Source of the DNA: Promethearchaeota archaeon
Lineage (GTDB): Archaea > Asgardarchaeota > Lokiarchaeia > Sigyniarchaeales > SOKP01
Length of the DNA: 20,105 bases
Direction: 5' to 3'
Assembly: GCA_029838195.1 (NCBI GenBank)
Contig: JALGVJ010000055.1
Coordinates: 1-20,105, forward strand
Positions 9,111-17,166 of this stretch are shown here, one piece after another; positions within the stretch are counted from its first letter, which is position 1, and each line of letters opens with the position of its first letter. Made by a program: the position numbers and the translations under genes. Under the pieces are notes generated by a model, which saw only the letters and a list, made by a program, of their open reading frames with translations, searched no databases and was not told the origin of the DNA.

Positions 9111-9146
9111 AATTATTCTAATAATCCTTTAATTATTCTAATAATT
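9111..9146. promoter_or_regulatory. Tandem 15-bp direct repeat of a palindromic unit (candidate transcription-factor operator)
   Basis: AATTATTCTAATAAT occurs at 9111-9125 and 9131-9145 (20-bp period). Each copy contains the palindrome ATTATT-CT-AATAAT. It lies in the divergent intergenic region. Confidence 0.45.
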
Positions 9147-9407
9147 TTTTATGCTTTTTCAAAATTCTCACACAATATCTATTAGATTTTAAATTTTAAA
9201 TTAAAATCATATTTTTCTTGAGTTTTTGTTCCTATAATATTAATTAATATCATTTAATGTCTGATAATCCCCATTTTATTTTTATTTAAATTTAACTCAG
9301 ATGTATTTACATGGACGTGAATGAGAAAATTTTAAACTTAAAAATTCGATGTAATGAATTCAGCACATATTAAGAAAAAAATTTAATGCTTCTTTCTTTT
9401 TCTTTTA

Positions 9408-9433
9408 AATAACCTTAAATTATAAGGGTTATT
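9408..9433. promoter_or_regulatory. Imperfect palindrome just upstream of the transaldolase start
   Basis: AATAACCTTA-aatta-TAAGGGTTATT (one bulged G), ending 12 bp before the ATG at 9446. Confidence 0.4.
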
Positions 9434-9445
9434 CAAGGGAAAATT

Positions 9446-10114
9446 ATGAAATATTTTTTAGATAGTGCTAAAATTGATGAAATTAAATATGCATTGGAAA
9501 ATTGGAATATTGAAGGTGTTACTTCCAATCCAAAACACGTGAAGGCTTCGGGAAAATCTTTTTCAACCATATTAAAAGAATTTGCTGAAGAATTCAAGGA
9601 GCTTAATTTTCCGATTTCCGTAGAGATAAACCCTCATTTACAAACCGCTGATGATATGATTGAGGAAGCAATGAAAATATCATCGCTTTCCGATAATTTT
9701 GTTATTAAAATACCATGTACCGAACAAGGTTTAATTGCTACCAAGAAATTAACCGAGGAGGGGATACGAATAAATGTAACGCTAGTTTTTACGGCATCGC
9801 AAGCTCTTCAAGTAGGCAGAATCGGTGCTTCTTATTGCTCCCCTTTTATAGGATGGCAAGAAGCTTCTGGCGTCGATTGTTTTGAATTATTATCAAATAT
9901 TATTGCTATCTATGAAAATTATGATTTTGATACGGAAATCATAGTGGCAGCTGTTCGCAATGGGAAGCAAATCGTTGAAGCTGCAATTCTTGGTGCAGAT
10001 ATTGTCACTGCGGGCTTTCAAGTATATAAAGATAGCTTTTACCATCCTTTTACAGATAGAGGATTAAAGATTTTTCAGGATGCCTGGGATGATACGGAAT
10101 TAGGTTCATTATAA
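9446..10114 (+). CDS. sqvA: Transaldolase (small TalC/FSA-type), probable 6-deoxy-6-sulfofructose:GAP transaldolase (SqvA/SftT-like)
   Basis: D6, N28, Schiff-base K88 (VIKIP), and the transaldolase-type E60 and F134. SPFIGW has W137 where canonical enzymes have a phosphate-binding Arg. NPKH and AAVR (Ser to Ala, R171) also fit. The sequence closely resembles Bacillus SqvA as I recall it (MKYFLDSA..EI.YA.ENW...FPISVEINPHL...). Confidence 0.85.
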   Translation: MKYFLDSAKIDEIKYALENWNIEGVTSNPKHVKASGKSFSTILKEFAEEFKELNFPISVEINPHLQTADDMIEEAMKISSLSDNFVIKIPCTEQGLIATKKLTEEGIRINVTLVFTASQALQVGRIGASYCSPFIGWQEASGVDCFELLSNIIAIYENYDFDTEIIVAAVRNGKQIVEAAILGADIVTAGFQVYKDSFYHPFTDRGLKIFQDAWDDTELGSL

Positions 10115-10200
10115 AAAAAAATCTTATATTTTCTCTTTTAATATTCAGAATCAAGATAATGAAATTAATTATCTAATAAAATTAACATGAAAATTTTTTT

Positions 10201-12339
10201 TCAAGCTTTTACCTCGAATTCGCCGGTCAAGATTTTATTTTTGTACTCCGGAATGGGCTCAAAACCTCCTATTGAGATTTTAAAAACTCCTTCTTCAATC
10301 ACTCTTTTTCCTTCATTATTTATAATCGAATATTCTCTTGGGGTTAAAAGAAAAGAAATGTTTTTTCTTTCTCCTGGTTTTAACTGAATTTTTTTAAATC
10401 CTTTTAATTCTCTTAAGGGAGGATTTAAAGAAGATTCTATTTTGCTGAGATATAATGAAACAACTTCTTGACCTAATCGATTGCCTGTATTTGATATTTC
10501 CACATTAACCTTAATATTTTCACCCTTTTTGATTTTTTTAGGTGCTATTTCCAAGTTATCAAGTTTAAAGGTCGTATAACTTAGGCCGAATCCAAATGGA
10601 AAAAGAGGTTCTCCTTTAAAAAACCTATACGTCCGATTTTCCATGTCATAATTTTCAAAATCGGGAAGATCGCTAGTGGATTTATAAAATGTTATGGGTA
10701 ACTTTCCGGAAGGATTATAATTTCCAAAAATCACATCTGCAATCGCATTACCGCCTTGTTCTCCTGGATACCACGCTTCTATTATTGCTGTAATATTTTT
10801 TTTAGCAAAATTAATCGAAAGTGCGCCCCCATTCATTAGTACTAAAATAATGGGTTTTTTCAGGGAAGCTAGCTCTTTTAAAAGCTTTTCTTGAACTTTG
10901 GGCAAATCCAATGTATTCCTATCCCCTTTTAAGGGACCTAATACAAATCCTTCTTCTCCTTCGAATTGTCCGGTCAATCCTAAGATCATGATAATGACCT
11001 CTGCTTTATCCGCCATATCTAACGCTTCTTGCGATAAAAATTCATCTCTATTAAAATGTTCGCATCCTTTGGAATAAAAGATTTTTGTAGTAGAAGAAAG
11101 CATATTTTTTATTCCTTGAAGGGGTGTGTTATATTGTTTGGGTGTACCATTATAATCACCTAAAAGGGCTTCTAAATGATCGGCATTAGGGCCGATGATG
11201 GCTATCGATTTTATATTTTTCGATAACGGAAGGATTCTATTTTCATTTTTTAAGAGAACAATGGATTCTCGTGCCATTTGCAGGGATAAATTTCGATGTT
11301 CATCACAATTAACCACATCCATGGGGATGTTAGAATAAGGAACATTATCTGTAGGGTCAAACATCCCAAGTCTGAAGCGTGCGAGGAAAGAGAATTTCAA
11401 GGCTTCATCTATAGTTGATTCATTTAAAAGGCCTTCTTTTACAGCTTTTTTAACATGCACGTGATATCGCTTGATTTTTAGGGTAGTCATGATATTCAAG
11501 GGATTGATAACGTTGCATCCCCCTTTTAAGGCCCTTGCGGCGGCTTCTTTGAATGTTGCTACAACTTCATGTCCGGAATACATGTCTGTAACTGCTCCTC
11601 CATCCCCAATCACATAGCCATCAAATTTCCATTGTTCTCTTAAAATTTCTTTTAAAAGTTGAGAGTTTGAACAACATGGCTCTCCATTTAATCGATTATA
11701 AGCCCCCATTATTCCTTTAGCCTTTCCAATAGTGATGCATGCTTCAAATGCCGGTAAATAGGTTTCCCATAAATCTTTCTCTTTGACTTCAATATTGATT
11801 TCATGGCGTTTATTTTCTGGACCGCTATGGACGGCAAAATGTTTAGGTTCTGCTATTGTTTTTAAATATTTTGGATGGTTTCCTTGTAATCCTTTCACGA
11901 ATGCAATACCCATTTGCGAAGTTAAATACGGATCTTCACCAAACGTTTCTTGTCCTCGCCCCCATCGAGGATCTCGGTAAATATTAATGTTAGGAGCTGC
12001 AAACGTGAGTCCATGATACCGCACGCGCTTGTTTTGTTTAATTGCTTCATGATGTTTTGCTCTCGCCTCGGTGGAAATTGCATCTGCCACTTGATATACT
12101 AATTCGGGATTCCATGACGCACTCATTCCAATAACTTGAGGAAATACAGTGGCGTATCCCGCAAAAGCTACTCCATGAATGCATTCATTTCTCCAATCAT
12201 AGCGCGGGACGTGTAATCTTTTTATTTCTAAGGAAATATTAAATAATTGAGATATTTTTTCATCAAATGTCATGTGTCCAATTAAATCTTTTACCCTTTC
12301 CTCGAATGAAAGAGTCGTGTTCATGAAATTATAACTCAT
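10201..12339 (-). CDS. Glycoside hydrolase family 3 (beta-xylosidase/beta-glucosidase-like, cytoplasmic, FN3-like C-terminus) with an atypical -1 subsite
   Basis: PNINIYRDPRWGRGQETFGEDP, KHFAVHSGPE, nucleophile D246 (GYVIGDGG), EGEE acid/base region, AWYPGEQGG, SGKLPITF and FPFGFGLSYT. No signal peptide is visible. Confidence 0.93.
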   Translation of the reverse strand: MSYNFMNTTLSFEERVKDLIGHMTFDEKISQLFNISLEIKRLHVPRYDWRNECIHGVAFAGYATVFPQVIGMSASWNPELVYQVADAISTEARAKHHEAIKQNKRVRYHGLTFAAPNINIYRDPRWGRGQETFGEDPYLTSQMGIAFVKGLQGNHPKYLKTIAEPKHFAVHSGPENKRHEINIEVKEKDLWETYLPAFEACITIGKAKGIMGAYNRLNGEPCCSNSQLLKEILREQWKFDGYVIGDGGAVTDMYSGHEVVATFKEAAARALKGGCNVINPLNIMTTLKIKRYHVHVKKAVKEGLLNESTIDEALKFSFLARFRLGMFDPTDNVPYSNIPMDVVNCDEHRNLSLQMARESIVLLKNENRILPLSKNIKSIAIIGPNADHLEALLGDYNGTPKQYNTPLQGIKNMLSSTTKIFYSKGCEHFNRDEFLSQEALDMADKAEVIIMILGLTGQFEGEEGFVLGPLKGDRNTLDLPKVQEKLLKELASLKKPIILVLMNGGALSINFAKKNITAIIEAWYPGEQGGNAIADVIFGNYNPSGKLPITFYKSTSDLPDFENYDMENRTYRFFKGEPLFPFGFGLSYTTFKLDNLEIAPKKIKKGENIKVNVEISNTGNRLGQEVVSLYLSKIESSLNPPLRELKGFKKIQLKPGERKNISFLLTPREYSIINNEGKRVIEEGVFKISIGGFEPIPEYKNKILTGEFEVKA

Positions 12340-12598
12340 GGTTTTTCTATCATTCTATAATTATTAGTTAAAGAAATCATGAAAAATATTAAAATCCATA
12401 CTTTTAATTCGCAGACATAAATTAAACCTATTTAATGAAAGAGCTATCTTTTATTATTAAATAGAAATATCAGAATAATAGAGAAGAAATGCGAGTTTTA
12501 TTAATTAAATTAGCTCATTTTATTTTGTATTTTCAGAAAAACTTTAACATAAAACCAAAATTTAATGAATATTATAAAAACGATAAATACTGAATAAA

Positions 12599-13918
12599 AT
12601 GAAACAAAAAATTCGCATTGGAGTCGTTTGTTTAGCAAGAAAAACTTTTGATTTTCAAGCAGCTCAAGATTTATTTAAACAAATTCAAGAGAAAATAATG
12701 TTAATTGAAGATGTGATTTGGGAAATAATTCCAGATTTAATCTTCGAAGTCGAGGAGGCGCAAGATGCGGGGCAGATATTGGCAACAAAATCAATTGATG
12801 GGTTAATTTGTATTAATGGAACGTTTGCTTTAGGGCATTTAATTTTAGAAATTAATAAATGGATTAGAGTTCCTATTTTATTATGGGGTTTGGAAGAATT
12901 ACCACATAAAGGGGGCAAGATTCGTTTAAATTCTACATGCGGATTGAACCTCAATGCTTCAAATTTATATAAAGCGGGAATACGTAATTATCATTATTGT
13001 ATTGGAGGAGAAATAGATAAAGATTGGTTAGATGCGATTCGAATTTTAAAGACTTTTTCCACGGCACGTGTAGGAATAATTGGTTCACGTGCACGTGGAT
13101 TTTTCAATGTAGATGTGGATGAGTTAGATCTGTATAAACAATTAGGCGTGTTAATCGATTACTATCAATTAGAAGAGCTTCTAAACATGGGTATTGAAAA
13201 TGTAGAAATAGAAAAACGCATTGAAGAATTAAAAGCCAATTTTGACATATCTGAATTAAATGATCAGCAACTACGAAAAGTTGCGGAATTAATTGTTAGA
13301 CTTGATGAATTCATGAAAGTAAAATCATTAACTTCCATGGCGATTCGATGTTGGCCGGAATTTGCGGAGTATTATGGAATTTCTCCTTGCGCAGCAATGT
13401 CTGTATTACAAGCTGAGGGAAAAATTTTAACTTGTGAGGGAGATATTTTAGGAAGTTTATCAATGTTAGCACACGTGGCCATTGGCGGCCAATATCCTTT
13501 TTTAGCTGATTTTTCTCAAGTCGATTTCAAGGAAAATTTTGCTTTATTATGGCATTGTGGAGTTGCTCCATGTAATCTATGGGATCAAAAATGTACTCGA
13601 TCATTGGATACCTATTTTGCAGGAGGTAAAGGCGTTACTGCGGGTTTTGTCTTGAAAAGTGGGGATCTTTCAATATTACGCTTGGATTATTCCCCTCCGA
13701 ATGAATACAGGATCTTTCTACAACAAGGTAAAGCTATCCCCATAGCAAAAGAGCTTAAAGGCACATTTGCTAAGGTTGTTTTTAAAGAGGATGTGAGGAA
13801 TGTCTTGAATAAAATCATTAAGAATGGAATTGCACACCATGTATCTGTCGTGTATGGCGACTTTATCAAGCCCCTTGAAATTTTTGCAAAATTAAAAGGA
13901 TGGAAGGTTATTAAATAA
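12599..13918 (+). CDS. sqvD: L-fucose/L-arabinose isomerase-family aldose-ketose isomerase, probable sulfoquinovose isomerase (SqvD/SftI-like)
   Basis: Metal-site motifs AIRCWPEF, TCEGD, LAD, WHCG and GIAHH. The N-terminal RKTFD and IRLNS motifs match my recollection of SqvD/SftI. It is translationally coupled to a YihQ-like gene. Confidence 0.75.
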   Translation: MKQKIRIGVVCLARKTFDFQAAQDLFKQIQEKIMLIEDVIWEIIPDLIFEVEEAQDAGQILATKSIDGLICINGTFALGHLILEINKWIRVPILLWGLEELPHKGGKIRLNSTCGLNLNASNLYKAGIRNYHYCIGGEIDKDWLDAIRILKTFSTARVGIIGSRARGFFNVDVDELDLYKQLGVLIDYYQLEELLNMGIENVEIEKRIEELKANFDISELNDQQLRKVAELIVRLDEFMKVKSLTSMAIRCWPEFAEYYGISPCAAMSVLQAEGKILTCEGDILGSLSMLAHVAIGGQYPFLADFSQVDFKENFALLWHCGVAPCNLWDQKCTRSLDTYFAGGKGVTAGFVLKSGDLSILRLDYSPPNEYRIFLQQGKAIPIAKELKGTFAKVVFKEDVRNVLNKIIKNGIAHHVSVVYGDFIKPLEIFAKLKGWKVIK

Positions 13919-15882
13919 TGGATTTCAAACAAAAAGAGGATGGTTTTGAACTTTATTTTAACAATCAATTAATAATAAAGCACGACGAAACAAATCCTTG
14001 TTTTAAATTAGGAAAAGGAACTGCACGTTTTAAATTAAAAGGGCATAAATTTAAAATTCAAGAAAAATTATTAGAAGAATTTTCTCTCAAACACCATGAA
14101 CTCATCTCTTTCAGCAATAAAGGCGATTCTCTAAGTAGATTAGAACTATCTTTTTCCAATGCAAATACAAAATTAACGGTAGAAATTGAAGAAAAAGGCA
14201 ACTTCTTAGAGATAATTCCTCATTATAGTGACTCATCCATTAATCGTTTTTGGTTTTTTCTCAACGCATGTCCCGAAGAAGCCATTTTTGGATGCGGCGC
14301 ACGCTTTGAGAAAATAAACTTGCGAGGAAGCATCATTCATTCTTGGGTAGAAGATTGTTCGCCCGTTTTTAGAGATTATTATACCTATTTTCCCTTACCT
14401 ACTTTTATTTCAAGCAGCAACTATTTTTGTCATGTTGACACTTGTAAATATTCAGAATTTAATTTTGAAGCTCCTGATTATCATGTAATACATGTTTGGG
14501 GAATTCCTAAAAAAATTATCATCTGTAAGCAAGACAACCTCATTTCTTTAATTAAAGAATTATCTAATTATTTTGGAAGACAACCTCCTTTACCTGATTG
14601 GGTACATGATGGTATTATTCTTGGAATTCAAGGCGGAACTCAAGTTGTTGAAGAAAAAATAAAAATTGCGGAAAAAGCAGGTATTAAAATCTGTGCAGTC
14701 TGGTGTCAAGATTGGCAAGGAATTCGAATGACTTCTTTTGGCCAGCAATTATTTTGGAATTGGAAACATGATGATACACGGTATCCAAATTTGCCCATCT
14801 TTATTAAAGAGCTAAATGCGCGGGGAATAAAATTCTTAGGATATATTAATACTCAATTGAGTACTGAGGGAGATCTATATAAAGAAGGAGCCGACAAGAA
14901 TTATTTCTTAAAAAATGATAATGGTGAGGATTATATTATCTATACTACGGATTTTCCTGTAGCAGTACTGGATTTGAGTAATCCTAATACATTAACGTGG
15001 ATTAAAGAAATCATTAAAAAACACATGTTAGGAATTGGATTAGCCGGTTGGATGGCAGACTATGGTGAATATGTTCCGGTTGATGCAGTAAATCATGCGA
15101 GGAAAGAGGGGGAGTGTTTCCACAATGAATATCCGGTTATTTTTGCTAAAATCATGCATGATCTCTTAAAAGAGGAAGGAAAACTGGATGAAATTTTCTA
15201 CTTTCATAGATCAGGATACATCCATTCTTCAAAATACATGATGTGCTATTGGCCGGGAGATCAATTGGTCGATTGGGATGATAAGTTAGGAATTGGTTCA
15301 GTAATTTCTTGCGGAATTTCGTTAGGACTATGTGGAATTGGAAATTATCATTTTGATTTAGGAGGTTTTACGACGTATGGCCCTTATAAACGATCTAAAG
15401 AATTATTCATGCGATGGGCAGAATTATCCGCTTTTTCCTTAATCATGAGAACTCATGAAGGCAACCGTCCTAAAGACAATTGGCAATTTGATGGCGATTC
15501 TGAAACTTTAGAACACCTCTCAAAAATGGTAAAGATACATGTTCATCTCAAACCCTATCTACTTGAATGTGAAAAAGAATATCAATTAACGGGTATTCCT
15601 CCCATGAGACCCCTATTCTTACATTACCCCAAGGATTCCATCTTACATGATCTTAATTTTCAATATTTATTAGGAAGAGATTTATTAATCGCTCCCGTGA
15701 TCCAACCGAAAAAAAATCAGTGGAACTGTTATTTACCAGATGATTCTTGGATACACGCATGGTCAGGAAAGCGATTTAAAAAAGGATGGTACGTGGTAGA
15801 AGCGCCCCTTGGTAGACCTCCCGTTTTTTATCGTGAAACATCCCACCATGTGGGATTGTTTAATGAATTAAAGAATTTCTGA
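13918..15882 (+). CDS. yihQ: Glycoside hydrolase family 31, YihQ/sulfoquinovosidase-like alpha-glycosidase with a variant sulfonate pocket
   Basis: GRQPPLPDW, LGIQGG, WCQDWQGIRMTSFG..L.WNW, nucleophile GWMADYGEY (D381), acid/base WPGDQ.VDW (D448) and MRTHEGNRP.DNWQFDGD. The start overlaps the upstream stop (TAATG, 13916-13920). Confidence 0.9.
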   Translation: MDFKQKEDGFELYFNNQLIIKHDETNPCFKLGKGTARFKLKGHKFKIQEKLLEEFSLKHHELISFSNKGDSLSRLELSFSNANTKLTVEIEEKGNFLEIIPHYSDSSINRFWFFLNACPEEAIFGCGARFEKINLRGSIIHSWVEDCSPVFRDYYTYFPLPTFISSSNYFCHVDTCKYSEFNFEAPDYHVIHVWGIPKKIIICKQDNLISLIKELSNYFGRQPPLPDWVHDGIILGIQGGTQVVEEKIKIAEKAGIKICAVWCQDWQGIRMTSFGQQLFWNWKHDDTRYPNLPIFIKELNARGIKFLGYINTQLSTEGDLYKEGADKNYFLKNDNGEDYIIYTTDFPVAVLDLSNPNTLTWIKEIIKKHMLGIGLAGWMADYGEYVPVDAVNHARKEGECFHNEYPVIFAKIMHDLLKEEGKLDEIFYFHRSGYIHSSKYMMCYWPGDQLVDWDDKLGIGSVISCGISLGLCGIGNYHFDLGGFTTYGPYKRSKELFMRWAELSAFSLIMRTHEGNRPKDNWQFDGDSETLEHLSKMVKIHVHLKPYLLECEKEYQLTGIPPMRPLFLHYPKDSILHDLNFQYLLGRDLLIAPVIQPKKNQWNCYLPDDSWIHAWSGKRFKKGWYVVEAPLGRPPVFYRETSHHVGLFNELKNF

Positions 15883-16070
15883 AAAAGGATAGAAATTTAA
15901 ATACTTCCTTCTTTTTTTCAAGCGCTCCTTGCATTATAAAATCTTCCCTTTAAAAAGGAACCATTCTATCTGTGTCTAACGCATTTTAATATAAATTTAA
16001 ATAACTTTCCATCCATGTAATGATTAAGTAATAGTTTTTAGTAAATGGAATAAAAAGGAGTTTTACAAAA

Positions 16071-16811
16071 ATGGGAATCGAAGAATTATCTCAATTAGAT
16101 ATAATAAATGGAATCTTCACAACAATATTTGTTATTGTTTCCCTCATTGTCGGCCTAAAAATCTTGATTAAGTATTTCGCTTACAAGCAAAAGCAGTTAA
16201 TCACAGTGGGGCTTGCTTGGATGAGCATTGCGACACCATGGTTAGGAAATGTTAGTTCATTTTTACTCTATATCACATTTGGATTAAGACTAGAATTAAT
16301 TCCTTATCTTTTCATGGAAAATGTTTTCGTGCCTTTAGGAATAATTTTTTGGATTTATTCTTTTGCTACTTTAGTGTTTCAAGATTCGGCAACCATGAAA
16401 AAAATTACAGTGGTTTTTGTCTTAATTTGCATTCCCTATGATGTCTTTTTAATTATCATGCTATTCACGAATCCTGAAGTTATTGGAAGCTTAGAAGGAA
16501 TGTTTGATAGTCATCATGAGATCATTCCAAACGTGTTTCGCGTGTTTGGAATCTTCACGGTGTTAATAACGGGGATCTTGTTTTCAAGAGCTTCCATGAA
16601 GTCAAAAGATCCCACTGTTCAATGGAAAGGGAGATTTTTTTTAATCGGTATAATTTCTTTCACGATTGCTGCCTTTTTAGATGCCATATTAACTTTTGGA
16701 CCCCTTGGGATTATTTTCGTGAGGTTATTATTAACTTCCAGCGCAATAGAATATTACTTAGGCTTCTTTTTACCGGACCTCATTGCTAATAAACTGATTA
16801 AACAAAAATGA
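16071..16811 (+). CDS. Hypothetical integral membrane protein with about 7 TM helices
   Basis: Seven hydrophobic segments, no soluble domain, and an AAAAGGAG RBS upstream. Confidence 0.85.
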   Translation: MGIEELSQLDIINGIFTTIFVIVSLIVGLKILIKYFAYKQKQLITVGLAWMSIATPWLGNVSSFLLYITFGLRLELIPYLFMENVFVPLGIIFWIYSFATLVFQDSATMKKITVVFVLICIPYDVFLIIMLFTNPEVIGSLEGMFDSHHEIIPNVFRVFGIFTVLITGILFSRASMKSKDPTVQWKGRFFLIGIISFTIAAFLDAILTFGPLGIIFVRLLLTSSAIEYYLGFFLPDLIANKLIKQK

Positions 16812-17166
16812 AAAAAAGTATTAAATTAACACTTTTTTCTTTATTAATTTATTATTTTAAATTGCTTTTTCTTAGTTAAAAAATGCTTGCTCCTTTGATT
16901 TAATTTTTTTAAAATTTTTTTCTTTTCATGAAATATTTGAGGCTCGTTCCATTTTAGAATCCCATATTCCCGTATGATGATGGATAATATATTGGCATGC
17001 TGCTCAATGGCTCGGAGTAGTAGCAAATTAACAAGAAATCTCACGAAAAGAAATTCTTGCCCTTGAATCGTGATAAAAACAAGAAGAAAATGATTTTAAA
17101 ACAAAAAAAACCTACTATAAATATATTTCATTAAAAATAATTTTAATACTTAAAAGAGGTAATTAC

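Noticed and set aside
9446-10114. Annotation as fructose-6-phosphate aldolase (FSA) or a housekeeping transaldolase
   Set aside because: E60/F134 argue against FSA (which has Gln/Tyr), and loss of the phosphate-binding Arg and Ser plus the gene context favour an SF transaldolase.
7236-13968. Short ORFs 7236-7526, 10187-10387, 11783-11980, 12685-12954 and 13687-13968
   Set aside because: They are antisense shadows of the amidohydrolase, GH3 and isomerase genes.
16071-16811. 7TM protein as a microbial rhodopsin
   Set aside because: There is no retinal-binding Lys motif (DxxxK or SxxxK) in the seventh helix.
16844-17044. 66-aa minus-strand ORF with faint resemblance (FVR...AIE) to the 7TM protein C-terminus
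   Set aside because: It has a GTG start with no RBS and a Lys-rich tail derived from poly-T tracts. The similarity is too short to separate from chance.
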